A program made the position numbers and the translations under genes. From positions 32,001 through 96,000 of IMG/VR virus record IMGVR_UViG_3300042878_000903: a stretch of DNA of 64,000 bases, one strand, 5' to 3'. The notes under the pieces are model-generated. The model did not search any database. It was given only the letters and a program-made list of their open reading frames with translations, and was not told where the DNA came from. Shown here one piece after another: positions 1 through 8,918 of this stretch (its first letter is position 1; each line of letters opens with the position of its first letter). The stretch is from a virus.

Positions 1-499
1 CAATGGTTGGGTCATACATGTCTGAGTCCATGTGAATTAAATCTATTCCTTCTTTAAAATTATTGTTTTTAAAAAATTCTGGGACAGTATCTTTGTATAA
101 GCCATTGTAAATAGTAACATTTTTTTTAACCGATGGACTTTTTCCATTTAAATTAAACATACCTTTAGCCAAATTCCAGCCAGACCAATCTTTGTCAAGT
201 CCTAGGAAAGAATCGAAACCAAACACGGAAGCTTTAGGTAACTCCTTTGCAAAATAATTAATTGAATTACCAGACCAAACTCCAAATTCTACTACAACCG
301 CTTCGCTTTTGTTTTTTATTAAATTACAACAATATTTTCTTAAGTGTTCTCTATTCGAAAACATCATTGCTTCTTGCATTTTTTCTATAGCATAATTCGC
401 CGAGTCTTTAGCTGCATGATGCAGTATTTGATACATTACTCCAGGGAAATTTTGTATCCCAAATTCATCTGCAGCTACAATATCTCTTTGAAATTCCAT
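1..499 (-). CDS. Class I SAM-dependent methyltransferase, TylF/MycF (Methyltransf_24)-like; runs off the window edge
   Basis: Not in ORF track. Hand translation from ATG at 499 gives MEFQRD...VVVEFGVWSGNS...VFGFDSFLGL...LIHMDSDMYDPT, matching the EFGVxxG, FDSFxGL and hHhDxDxY motifs of TylF-like O-methyltransferases. Confidence 0.8.
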   Translation of the reverse strand, partial: MEFQRDIVAADEFGIQNFPGVMYQILHHAAKDSANYAIEKMQEAMMFSNREHLRKYCCNLIKNKSEAVVVEFGVWSGNSINYFAKELPKASVFGFDSFLGLDKDWSGWNLAKGMFNLNGKSPSVKKNVTIYNGLYKDTVPEFFKNNNFKEGIDLIHMDSDMYDPTI

Positions 500-510
500 A
501 GAATATTACG

Positions 511-981
511 TTAGTCCTTTAATGATTTCCATGGATTTGGCGGCAACTTAAGGCTTGATTCTAAGAACCAATTCCATTCCATATGTTTTTTAGTTGCTAA
601 ATTTAAATGTTCAAGCAATGAGAATTGTTTTTGTATCATAGCAAGTTCTGATAAAACCTTTAACTCTTCAATGACTTTTTTATTAATTGGAACCAAATGC
701 GTTGCCATTTCAACCCCACAGTACGTATCTGGCTTCACATTGCCAAGAGTTTGGTGATATGAAAATTCTTCTAATGTATATGGTGCTTCCGCTCCAAGCC
801 TTCTTAACCATAATGATGTTTCCATCAAAATTTCGTCGGCAGTGAGATACATTTCTTTGTAGACAATTTGTGATTGTCTCATCAGTACAGATTCTGTATT
901 AAGATAAAAACCTTTTACCAAATTCATAAATACTACAGAATTAGATTGGAATGATTGTAAAGATTTAATTAATTGTTTCAT
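511..981 (-). CDS. Dps/ferritin-like protein with degenerate ferroxidase centre
   Basis: 156 aa with Dps-like pattern KGFYLN...Y...LRRLGAEAP..L..F...EM...L...N...KKHMEWNWFL; the canonical His ligands appear substituted. Confidence 0.6.
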   Translation of the reverse strand: MKQLIKSLQSFQSNSVVFMNLVKGFYLNTESVLMRQSQIVYKEMYLTADEILMETSLWLRRLGAEAPYTLEEFSYHQTLGNVKPDTYCGVEMATHLVPINKKVIEELKVLSELAMIQKQFSLLEHLNLATKKHMEWNWFLESSLKLPPNPWKSLKD

Positions 982-987
982 AATATC

Positions 988-996
988 AGTATACCA
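988..996 (-). promoter_or_regulatory. Extended -10 promoter TGGTATACT, leaderless start at 981
   Basis: TG-n-TATACT; hexamer ends 7 nt before the ATG. Confidence 0.6.
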
Positions 997-1030
997 TTTT
1001 CTGTTATAAAATTGCTAGTGTTAGCAAATT

Positions 1031-1105
1031 TGGAGCCCCCCGTCAGGATTGAACTGACGACCTACGCATTACAAGTGCGTTGCTCTACCACTGAGCTAGA
1101 GAGGC
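1031..1105 (-). tRNA. tRNA-Thr(TGT)
   Basis: GCCTCTC acceptor, D arm AGCTCAGTGGTAGAGC, anticodon arm ACGCA-CTTGTAA-TGCGT, GTTCAATC T loop, encoded CCA. Confidence 0.95.
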
Positions 1106-1110
1106 TTTTG

Positions 1111-1184
1111 TGCGACAGGTAGGACTCGAACCTACGATTACCGAATTATGAGTTCGGGGCTTTAACCAACTAAGCTACTGGCGC
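1111..1184 (-). tRNA. tRNA with CAT anticodon (Ile2 or elongator Met); no encoded CCA
   Basis: Cloverleaf GCGCCAG...CCGAA-CTCATAA-TTCGG...GGTTCGAGTCC...CTGTCGC-A; one acceptor-stem mismatch; lacks initiator features. Confidence 0.9.
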
Positions 1185-1204
1185 CTTAATTCAATTGTAC
1201 TATA

Positions 1205-1441
1205 TTAATGCTGGCTGTCAATAACAGACTCTACTATTTGCTGTACATATTCAGAAAAATGTTTTCTTATATTGCCAGCTGGCCTCGAACCGTATGACTC
1301 CCATATTCTTTTATATTCAATTACATTATCGTATGTTGTTGGACATAAAATAACTTTATTATATTTTTTTAGTGTTGTAGGAAGTGGTACGTGCTTTGTG
1401 CAACATTTACATTCCTTGGCTCTTTCTTGGTACTCGCTCAT
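1205..1441 (-). CDS. Hypothetical protein, Cys-containing (CKCC...CP)
   Basis: 78-aa ORF overlapping the terminase stop (ATGA coupling). Confidence 0.7.
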   Translation of the reverse strand: MSEYQERAKECKCCTKHVPLPTTLKKYNKVILCPTTYDNVIEYKRIWESYGSRPAGNIRKHFSEYVQQIVESVIDSQH

Positions 1442-3240
1442 ATTATCTCCATATTTTCTATTGATCTTGCTAAACTTTCAGGCATCCTTGGTGCCCTAAT
1501 CATGTTGTATACGTTTTCAACTTCGCCATCACTGACTCCAAAGTCATTGTCGTAACTCATAGAATCATAGTCATGAATTTTTATTTCTTCGTCTCTACGC
1601 ATTCTAGTTCTACTAATTGAATTATATACTGCTCCGCATACAGCATCTGCCAAATCCTTTGATCCTTTTCTTGGGTGGTCAACTTTATCTCTCATAATTC
1701 TTAATTGAAGTAATTCGTCTATTAGTAGTGGTATATGTGGGCCAGATAATCTTTCTTCTAAAACAACCATTGCCATATCGTCATAGTGTTTTTTAGATAC
1801 TGAAAGAATTTCGGTATTAATACCGTATTTTTTTAATTGTTGCATCATGTCGTGGGAATTCCATCTATCAAATGTGCAAGTTTTTATATTAAACCCTCTT
1901 GTTCTTAAAGACAATATGTAGTCTTTTACTTCTGTAAAATCTACTGATTTGTCTGGAGTTGGAGTCCAAAATCTAACCGCATCAATGTTTACAATTGGAG
2001 CTGGTTGGGAGTATGTATCTGTTACCTTTATGTCAACCCATTTACTTACATGGCCCATTGCAACCGCACAATGATCGTGCTTTTGAGCTAAGTCTACGTG
2101 TATAAAATAATCTTTTTCTAGGTCTGGCTTAAACCAATCTTCAAGTCTTCCAAATTTATCTACGGCTAGACCTGCTTGGTTAAAAGCCTTTTCAATTTTT
2201 TCTCTAGATTTAAAAAATGCATCTACGGCGTCTGATGGCATACAGGCAAATCTGCCAAGTGCATCTGGTGCATTTTTATGAAAAGCAACAGTAAAGTCTG
2301 TTATTTTTTTTGTTGGATTTACTTCCCATGTTGGTCTTTTGAGTGCAAATACTCTGGGGTAAACATAAGAAACTATATGATCTTCCTCCCAGGCTACCTC
2401 AAACTCATTGCCTTCTGTGCCGTTTGGCAAGTCTTGATCTAATTTTAATATCTCTGTCCTAACAATTGTTTCTTTTTCCGCTATGACTGATTCATAAAAT
2501 TTTTGTATTGGATCATTTTTAAATCTAGGAAAAGAAAGCAGGATCACCTTGCCCACATCTGGAAAACGTGAGTCAACTGATGCTCTATACATGTCATATA
2601 TTGCATCGGCTGTTTTAGCCTGATCATGACCGCTAGTATTTTCTGTTGCAAATCCAGATATTTCGTCTAGAATTACTACCATAACGTTATATCCTTCCCA
2701 GGCTTCTCTTTCTGAGTGTCCAGAATGAACTGTTATAGATTTATCAAATTTAATTTCTGAAGCTTTGTCTGTATATTTACCAGCAAACCAAGGAGAGTTT
2801 TCAATTCTCATTTTAAATCCTTTAAAAAAAACATTATTAGCCTGCTGTGCGTTAATAGCAATATTTAATATGTCTATGGCATCTTTTGGCGGCTTTCCAT
2901 AATATGCCGCTGGATCTTTAAGACACAATAACAAATAAACAATGTAAGCTACAGAAATTGTTGACGAGTAATCTTTTCCAGAGCCTTTACCCAACTGAGC
3001 AATAACCTCAACACATGTTTGATTAAACACATGTTTGCCTAATTCTTCTCCATAAAGCTTAATGAGAGTAGACTCTTTGTATATTTGAGAACTTTTTTCA
3101 ATAAGCGTATATTGATTTTCTGAAAGTGGTGGTAGTCCCAAGTAATCTGGGCTTGTTACAAAAGTCCGTAGGTCTACTGGCTTTTGCTCAAACTCGTCTC
3201 CATCTAATATGTCTATGAACTCTGAAAAATCAAATGACAT
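1438..3240 (-). CDS. terL: Terminase large subunit
   Basis: Walker A-like GKGSGKD, Walker B VVILDE, C-terminal RNase H-like nuclease motifs HVDLA and KDLADA; 600 aa. Confidence 0.92.
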   Translation of the reverse strand: MSFDFSEFIDILDGDEFEQKPVDLRTFVTSPDYLGLPPLSENQYTLIEKSSQIYKESTLIKLYGEELGKHVFNQTCVEVIAQLGKGSGKDYSSTISVAYIVYLLLCLKDPAAYYGKPPKDAIDILNIAINAQQANNVFFKGFKMRIENSPWFAGKYTDKASEIKFDKSITVHSGHSEREAWEGYNVMVVILDEISGFATENTSGHDQAKTADAIYDMYRASVDSRFPDVGKVILLSFPRFKNDPIQKFYESVIAEKETIVRTEILKLDQDLPNGTEGNEFEVAWEEDHIVSYVYPRVFALKRPTWEVNPTKKITDFTVAFHKNAPDALGRFACMPSDAVDAFFKSREKIEKAFNQAGLAVDKFGRLEDWFKPDLEKDYFIHVDLAQKHDHCAVAMGHVSKWVDIKVTDTYSQPAPIVNIDAVRFWTPTPDKSVDFTEVKDYILSLRTRGFNIKTCTFDRWNSHDMMQQLKKYGINTEILSVSKKHYDDMAMVVLEERLSGPHIPLLIDELLQLRIMRDKVDHPRKGSKDLADAVCGAVYNSISRTRMRRDEEIKIHDYDSMSYDNDFGVSDGEVENVYNMIRAPRMPESLARSIENMEII

Positions 3241-3771
3241 TTAAGCCTCTTGAGATATTATAATAGGCTCTACGATTCCAGTAATCTGAGACAATCTTTT
3301 AGCAACTTCTACTTTACAGTGATTGCAGCTAGATGTAACTTCTTTTAATATGCCAACTAGCATATCTTGCTTTTTTTCATTTTCTAATATTTGCGATGCA
3401 ATTTCATTATTTTCAAGAACTCCTACTGACTGCAACATTGCGATTCTTTTGCCTTCTATGTCTGCAATTAGTTTTAATGTTCCAGACTTTACGTTAAGTT
3501 GGCCTTGAGTGTCTGCATCCTCTACTGTTTTCCATGCCTCTTTAATTAATATATCATAGTGTTGGTCTGCTCCAAGAAGGGCTTCTCTAGCACGTTCTCT
3601 AACATTAGTATCATTGTGGACCACAGACTTCCACTCATCAATATACTCTAAAACATCTTTTCTGTTCATACCAGTTATGGTGGCAATTTGTGTAGCTGAA
3701 TTACCCTTTAACAACTCTGAAACAACTTTATTCATTTTGTCAAAGTGGATGGATGGCTCTATTTCTGTCAT
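3241..3771 (-). CDS. Putative terminase small subunit (N-terminal HTH, helical)
   Basis: Immediately upstream of terL; HTH-like SATQIATITGMNRKDV. Confidence 0.6.
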   Translation of the reverse strand: MTEIEPSIHFDKMNKVVSELLKGNSATQIATITGMNRKDVLEYIDEWKSVVHNDTNVRERAREALLGADQHYDILIKEAWKTVEDADTQGQLNVKSGTLKLIADIEGKRIAMLQSVGVLENNEIASQILENEKKQDMLVGILKEVTSSCNHCKVEVAKRLSQITGIVEPIIISQEA

Positions 3772-3777
3772 TAAATG

Positions 3778-3806
3778 ATTATACTTCTAGTCAACCAAAA
3801 TGTCAA
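3778..3806 (-). promoter_or_regulatory. Consensus sigma70/HrdB promoter TTGACA-N17-TATAAT, leaderless start at 3771
   Basis: Perfect -35 (3801-3806) and -10 (3778-3783) with a 17-nt spacer; ATG 7 nt downstream. Confidence 0.85.
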
Positions 3807-3953
3807 TTAACGCCTAGGTTTTATACCAAATTTTTCTATATATCTCTGTATAGTCATGGCTGATACACCACATTCCCTAGATATTTCTACAATAGTCTTT
3901 TTCTGAATATTATATCTATTATAAAGCCAGTCTTTATTTTGATAAAGTTTCAT
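3807..3953 (-). CDS. Small HTH DNA-binding protein (48 aa)
   Basis: Not in track: MKLYQNKDWLYNRYNIQKKTIVEISRECGVSAMTIQRYIEKFGIKPRR; ATGA overlap with the RuvC-like gene. Confidence 0.75.
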   Translation of the reverse strand: MKLYQNKDWLYNRYNIQKKTIVEISRECGVSAMTIQRYIEKFGIKPRR

Positions 3954-4516
3954 CGTTGCGTCAGGACCTTATTAGCGTAATGGGCAATTCCAAATGAATC
4001 TGCTACATCAAAATCTGATATTGACAGGCTGTACTTATTATTAAAGTAATCCGCCGTTCTTTGCTTTCTCATATTCCTTAATTGATTTTTATACCATGAG
4101 TCTGCATATCCTGGATTAGATAATCTTATTGCCGATTTTTCTTCTTTAGTAGGATTCTTATTACCAATATAGGCCTGCCATGAAGTTGGAGCAATTGTTA
4201 TAACCTTAGCTCCAGTTGACATAAGCTCTGCAATAACAACCCCGTACACATAAGATAGTTTTATAACAGCATCTGCTGATCTAACTAAAACTGCTCCTTC
4301 AACTGCGATATAATCTGCTTGCAATTCATCTAACATTACACTCATCTTAATTTTTGCATCGTAAATTTTTTCATAAATATCATTTCCAGATAGGTTAATT
4401 TTGCCCCACTTTAATGGCACGTCATTTTCCATAAGGCAAAAAGCTATTGAGTTTGTAGATGCATCAATACCAAGCACTTTAGATGCTCTAGTCTTTACTA
4501 AACTAGCCAATGTCAT
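3950..4516 (-). CDS. ruvC: RuvC-like Holliday junction resolvase
   Basis: VLGIDAS, IAVE and DVADSFGIA acidic catalytic motifs. Confidence 0.85.
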   Translation of the reverse strand: MTLASLVKTRASKVLGIDASTNSIAFCLMENDVPLKWGKINLSGNDIYEKIYDAKIKMSVMLDELQADYIAVEGAVLVRSADAVIKLSYVYGVVIAELMSTGAKVITIAPTSWQAYIGNKNPTKEEKSAIRLSNPGYADSWYKNQLRNMRKQRTADYFNNKYSLSISDFDVADSFGIAHYANKVLTQR

Positions 4517-4781
4517 CTATTATACCCATTAAATATTTTTTATCTTTAAAGCGTTTAGATTTTATGCATTTCGAGCAATACATTTCTGTATTGTATCTGC
4601 TTAAAAATCCTGGACATCCCTTGCATTTTCTTGGAGCGCCATTCTTAATAGCTTTTTTTTCGTAATATTTTTGCATAATTCTTTTATTGGTTGCAACTCT
4701 GCAGCATTCGTCAGAACAATACTTTTGATTATGTGTCTTAGGGTTAAAATCTTTAGCACATTCAATACTAAAACATTTCAT
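4503..4781 (-). CDS. Cys-rich zinc-finger protein
   Basis: C-x4-C...YCSDEC...CKGC...YCSKC. Confidence 0.7.
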   Translation of the reverse strand: MKCFSIECAKDFNPKTHNQKYCSDECCRVATNKRIMQKYYEKKAIKNGAPRKCKGCPGFLSRYNTEMYCSKCIKSKRFKDKKYLMGIIDDIG

Positions 4782-5569
4782 TGTTTAGCAACTCTCATTA
4801 AATCAATTTCAACTGTTCCAGGATTAGATCCTTTTGCCCAGCATTCTTTCTTTACTGGACAATATGTGCAAGGAAGTTTATATTTGGTTGCGCCTTCAGG
4901 ACGTTTTGGCAAATCTCCTTCTTTAAAATTATCCCAAACATCTCTCATCCATTGAAATGCATCCTCAATTATTTTCTTGTTTTTATCATTCATAGAAATT
5001 GGGATTATTAATATCTCTTGAGTATTCTTATTTTCATACAAGAAGAAACCTTCTTTGGCATTCTTTAGCTTCATATATGTTAGTAGCTGAAGCATATGAT
5101 TAGGAGAAGATTTCATTTCAGCTTGCCTTGTATCCCAAACTTCTTGCTTGGCTGTTTTGATTTCACCGATAACCGTCTCGCCATCATACTCCATAATTAA
5201 ATCTATAAAGCCTCTAATAGGGGGATACTCATTTACGATCTCTTCTTCTTCCGCTTTCCACTCAGGCATAGTCTTAATAAGACTCTGTAGTCTTTCATGA
5301 GCCTGTGTGCCCTGGGCCATGTTTGCCACAGCAACAGCATCATTCTCATCAATAAAGACAGCCCCAGTAAATGCCATATACCAGTATCTTGGACATGTAC
5401 CATGCCCGTAACCTAGTAAGCTTGGGCTAAAAGACTTCTTTGTGGTGTCTCCATCTGGACGTTTTGTATTTCTATAAGATTCGTCAAGAAGCTGGGCAAA
5501 CTTTTCTGGGTCAAAGAAATTCCCAACATGCTTTTTAAATTTAAGGTTCTTTACTATATCTCTACCCAT
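4778..5569 (-). CDS. Cas4-like PD-(D/E)xK exonuclease with Fe-S cysteines
   Basis: TCPR...GFID...GEIKT...QLLTY...CTYCPVKKEC; start refined to MGRD at 5569. Confidence 0.85.
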   Translation of the reverse strand: MGRDIVKNLKFKKHVGNFFDPEKFAQLLDESYRNTKRPDGDTTKKSFSPSLLGYGHGTCPRYWYMAFTGAVFIDENDAVAVANMAQGTQAHERLQSLIKTMPEWKAEEEEIVNEYPPIRGFIDLIMEYDGETVIGEIKTAKQEVWDTRQAEMKSSPNHMLQLLTYMKLKNAKEGFFLYENKNTQEILIIPISMNDKNKKIIEDAFQWMRDVWDNFKEGDLPKRPEGATKYKLPCTYCPVKKECWAKGSNPGTVEIDLMRVAKQ

Positions 5570-6059
5570 TGTTTGGCACCCACATTTTTTCTTTTCCTTT
5601 GTTGTGATATCTAGCCATAACAAACAGTAGGTCTGATAGACGATTTAAATATTTAGCAATGTTTGGATTAATATTTTCTATTTTCCAAACTTCACGCTCT
5701 GCTCTTCTAACGATAGTTCTTGCATTATGCAATGCTCCAGTAGGCAAAACAAAAGATCTAAGTGGCTCTAGGTATTCATTATAGTCATCAATTACATTCT
5801 CTAAATATATAATCCTGTTTTCAGATATTTTTATTGTTTCGGCACCTGCAAGCTCTGCGCCAAGGTCAAATAGGTCGCTTTGAACTCTTTCGATAACGTC
5901 ATTATATTCATCGATTGCCATTCCAATAGCAGAGTTAGCCTCATCTACGGCGCCGATGGCTTCCATGATAGGGCTAGTCTTAGAAACTCTATCGTTGTTG
6001 GCATTAGACGTTTGGCCATCATCACCTGTTTTGGTATAAATCTTACTTAGTATTACCAT
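5562..6059 (-). CDS. pduO: PduO-type ATP:cob(I)alamin adenosyltransferase
   Basis: KIYTKTGDDGQT, GAVDEANSAIG, ARTIVRRAER and YLNRLSDLLF signature motifs; start refined to 6059. Confidence 0.92.
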   Translation of the reverse strand: MVILSKIYTKTGDDGQTSNANNDRVSKTSPIMEAIGAVDEANSAIGMAIDEYNDVIERVQSDLFDLGAELAGAETIKISENRIIYLENVIDDYNEYLEPLRSFVLPTGALHNARTIVRRAEREVWKIENINPNIAKYLNRLSDLLFVMARYHNKGKEKMWVPNNG

Positions 6060-6205
6060 CAGTGTCCCTTTATCGCTCTCCAAATATCAATTCCAATTTT
6101 ATTAACAATATACATTATGAATAACGTAACTGCTAGCTGAATTGCATACTCTATAGATATTTTGTTTTTTGTTTTATTTGGCTTATCCAATAAATTTAAG
6201 GCCAT
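6059..6205 (-). CDS. Small single-TM membrane protein (48 aa)
   Basis: Not in track: MALNLLDKPNKTKNKISIEYAIQLAVTLFIMYIVNKIGIDIWRAIKGH; overlaps both neighbours. Confidence 0.6.
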   Translation of the reverse strand: MALNLLDKPNKTKNKISIEYAIQLAVTLFIMYIVNKIGIDIWRAIKGH

Positions 6206-6645
6206 CTCAATTCCCCATCACTTGAAAAAACCAACCCTATACTGTCACCAGCGTACAAGGTTGTTTCATTAATTGCTTTTTCTGCCCAGCCCCACTCATT
6301 TCTTGGGAAAAGAAGAACCTGCTTCTTTTTTATAATTACTGCCCAGTATGCATCTTCAGGAGGCATCTCACTACAAGATTCCTCTTTGCTTGAAGGAAGA
6401 TTGTTTAACCTACATAATACTGCATCTCCGTATTTAACGGTTCCCTCTGTACTGTATCCAGATTGTTTTATAAAATCTAATGCATTTATATTGTCTTGCT
6501 CTATGCATTCGTTAAATTTATTTTGTTTGGTAAGAGATCCATAGTCTACATATAGATTTATGCAAGAAGGCTTTACTACAAACGCTTGTATCGTAAATGC
6601 AAAAGAAACTGCTACAAATAACGATATGATTATTCTGTTTTTCAT
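6196..6645 (-). CDS. Secreted/membrane-anchored protein, possibly DUF4430 (transcobalamin C-terminal-like) B12-binding family
   Basis: N-terminal signal/TM; CRLNNLP...C..MPP..AYW...WGWA......L..GDSIG pattern; four Cys. Confidence 0.45.
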   Translation of the reverse strand: MKNRIIISLFVAVSFAFTIQAFVVKPSCINLYVDYGSLTKQNKFNECIEQDNINALDFIKQSGYSTEGTVKYGDAVLCRLNNLPSSKEESCSEMPPEDAYWAVIIKKKQVLLFPRNEWGWAEKAINETTLYAGDSIGLVFSSDGELRWP

Positions 6646-6980
6646 GAGTTATATCTAACTACGTATTTAAGTGCATCTACAAGTTTGTCGATGGACTCTT
6701 TTACTGAATAGTAAATATTTTTCTTGTTGTTGTTTACTGTGCCAGCTTTGTCTTTAGCAATTGTTGAATATACTGAAGCAAGTACCGCAAATTTAGTAGA
6801 CATGGCCTGAAGCTCCATAATTAAATGCGGGGCTTTTGCAGAAGGAACATCTGGATTCAGCAAAAGCTTTACAACAATAGCCAGAGCCTTGTCTAAGTGC
6901 TCATCCTGCATAAACTCATGCAGATCATTAAACTCAGTTATATTACTAATGAGTTCAAGTGTATTCTTGTCCTCTGTCAT
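6642..6980 (-). CDS. Hypothetical helical protein
   Basis: 112-aa coupled ORF. Confidence 0.7.
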   Translation of the reverse strand: MTEDKNTLELISNITEFNDLHEFMQDEHLDKALAIVVKLLLNPDVPSAKAPHLIMELQAMSTKFAVLASVYSTIAKDKAGTVNNNKKNIYYSVKESIDKLVDALKYVVRYNS

Positions 6981-7075
6981 TTTTTAATCCTCTTATCTAA
7001 TTTGTCTATAAATAAACCTAATGGGTAGCCAACTAAAAATCCTATTGCTATACCGCTAAGCAAAAACATTTCCAT
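6977..7075 (-). CDS. 32-aa hydrophobic microprotein
   Basis: MEMFLLSGIAIGFLVGYPLGLFIDKLDKRIKK; exactly fills the gap with TAATG and ATGA overlaps. Confidence 0.6.
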   Translation of the reverse strand: MEMFLLSGIAIGFLVGYPLGLFIDKLDKRIKK

Positions 7076-7770
7076 TACTTATTATCCTTTTCATAGTTTA
7101 CGTTTAGCCTTATTTTATCTACTTCATGTTTTCCTATTGTTTTGCCTGTATGATCAATTCCCCTTTTATACATCCTGGGCCTAATACCTTCAGAATTTTT
7201 TTCTTTTAAATAACTCATATATTCTTCACTATCTTGAATTTTTTCAAATGGCCACTTAGAATTTTTAATATTAAAGCTTGAGCCCTGTATCGATCCAATT
7301 GATATTGGAAGTACGCATGCTATATTTGTTCCAGCTGGCACAAAATATTCTTTATTGGGAGTATCAAGTTTCCAAACAATAGTAAATGTACCAGTAAATA
7401 CTGATGTAGACAATATTGTACTTAAAACTTGTGCTCCGTCCAGATACTCATTTGGAACTGGCATTGTGAGCATACTAGTATTTTCATCGGTTTTAAATAT
7501 TAAATTGGTGGTAAAACTTACTGTTCCCTCTCCTCTACCGACCCAAATATTTTCTTTACCAATAATGCCAACTGCTCCGTCGTGTTTAGAGCCATCCCAA
7601 ATAAAAGATATGTCGTGTTCAAAATAAATACCGTATCCTAAAGTATTTGCCATTGCTATTGGATGGCAATTATAAACATATGAATGCATCCAGTCTCTTT
7701 GAAGCTCTAGTGGTCTAATTTTTGCTGTTGGGAAAGATGTGTCATCTATATAAACATCTACGCTATGCAT
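7075..7770 (-). CDS. DUF6065-like protein (paralog of 50351-51079)
   Basis: RDWM...YNCHPIAMANTLGYGI...DISFIWDG...MPVPN motifs shared with the 50.4-kb copy. Confidence 0.7.
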   Translation of the reverse strand: MHSVDVYIDDTSFPTAKIRPLELQRDWMHSYVYNCHPIAMANTLGYGIYFEHDISFIWDGSKHDGAVGIIGKENIWVGRGEGTVSFTTNLIFKTDENTSMLTMPVPNEYLDGAQVLSTILSTSVFTGTFTIVWKLDTPNKEYFVPAGTNIACVLPISIGSIQGSSFNIKNSKWPFEKIQDSEEYMSYLKEKNSEGIRPRMYKRGIDHTGKTIGKHEVDKIRLNVNYEKDNK

Positions 7771-8068
7771 TATTATCCTCCCAGCATTTAATTAATTCTT
7801 CTAAAATTGCCCACTCTATTATACCAAGTCGGACTTTGCTTTCTTTACCTATAATAATTTTTAAGGCTGGGTGCATATCTCTATTTACTTTAAATGTATC
7901 TGTACAGATCTTAGACCAAACTTCTTTATTCAATGTAAATGTAGATCCCGCCTCCTTATAATCAACTAAAAATTGATTCCACTGAGCATCACCTTTTTGG
8001 TAATCTCCTCGCCCGCTATTTTTTTGTGCTTTAGCACTATCTCTTTTTACTTCGGCTCTTTCAGACAT
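7763..8068 (-). CDS. Small PD-(D/E)xK nuclease, Hjc-type resolvase-like
   Basis: SE...KNSGRG...KGDA...FLVDYK motif. Confidence 0.55.
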   Translation of the reverse strand: MSERAEVKRDSAKAQKNSGRGDYQKGDAQWNQFLVDYKEAGSTFTLNKEVWSKICTDTFKVNRDMHPALKIIIGKESKVRLGIIEWAILEELIKCWEDNNA

Positions 8069-8071
8069 TTA

Positions 8072-8917
8072 CTAGCCTTTAACTTCTATAAGGTTAGATG
8101 GGATAGACAGCTTTATGGTTTGTAAATCTTTTTCTACATAAGATTCTTCTGTATTAACATTATTTAAATTGTCTTGTCCAAGTGTTATGTCGTATTGTTT
8201 TTTCCACTCGATTTCGTCTTTAACATCAGAATCAATAAACGCTCTTAAAAAATACCTATCTGATTTACTAAATGGTTTTACTCCGTGATAAAATGGTTCT
8301 GTTGACGGCATTATAACGGCATCTCCAGGCATAGGCTTATACATGTATGTGTTATTTGATATAGAATCGTATACACAAATTTCCCCTCCGTCATAATTAT
8401 TATTTAAATAAAAATTAACAGTAGCAACGTGCCTCTTTGTTTTTGTTTCCCCAGGTACTGGCAATTCGTCTACATGGTATTCCATGATTAATCCAGAAGG
8501 GTTTACCTTTCCTTGAAAACCTACGTCATATCTAAAAAAATCAATCCAGTATTTTTTGTTTGTATCTTTTAACAATTCCCAATCTTTTATAAATAAGGGC
8601 CATATTCCATTTTCTTTTCCAAACTCATTAAGATAGTCTTTTCTAATAAAATTCATACATTCATTTATTTCTAGTATGTATTCTTTTTCTAGATTGAGAA
8701 ATGTATTGGTTCCAGGATCTATAGTATCTAAAAGACTAAAGTCTGCGTCTCTTCTAAATCCTTGACCATACCAGCCTCTCCATTCATTAAAGAAAGAAAT
8801 TTCTCTACTGTCCTGCAACAAATCAATTATTTCTTTGCTGTTTTTAAATATGTTTTTATATATTACAATTTGTGGAGCCACTACAATTTTTTTTATAGAG
8901 CTGAAGTCCGTATTCAA
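8072..8917 (-). CDS. 2OG-Fe(II) oxygenase (prolyl-4-hydroxylase-like)
   Basis: YHVD...YLNNNYDGGE...PGDAVIMPS..PFYHGVK....RY; probable TTG start at 8917 just after the upstream stop. Confidence 0.85.
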   Translation of the reverse strand: MNTDFSSIKKIVVAPQIVIYKNIFKNSKEIIDLLQDSREISFFNEWRGWYGQGFRRDADFSLLDTIDPGTNTFLNLEKEYILEINECMNFIRKDYLNEFGKENGIWPLFIKDWELLKDTNKKYWIDFFRYDVGFQGKVNPSGLIMEYHVDELPVPGETKTKRHVATVNFYLNNNYDGGEICVYDSISNNTYMYKPMPGDAVIMPSTEPFYHGVKPFSKSDRYFLRAFIDSDVKDEIEWKKQYDITLGQDNLNNVNTEESYVEKDLQTIKLSIPSNLIEVKG

Positions 8918-8918
8918 T

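Noticed and set aside
5562-7075. Cobalamin riboswitch near pduO
   Set aside because: Genes overlap end to end, leaving no intergenic space for one.
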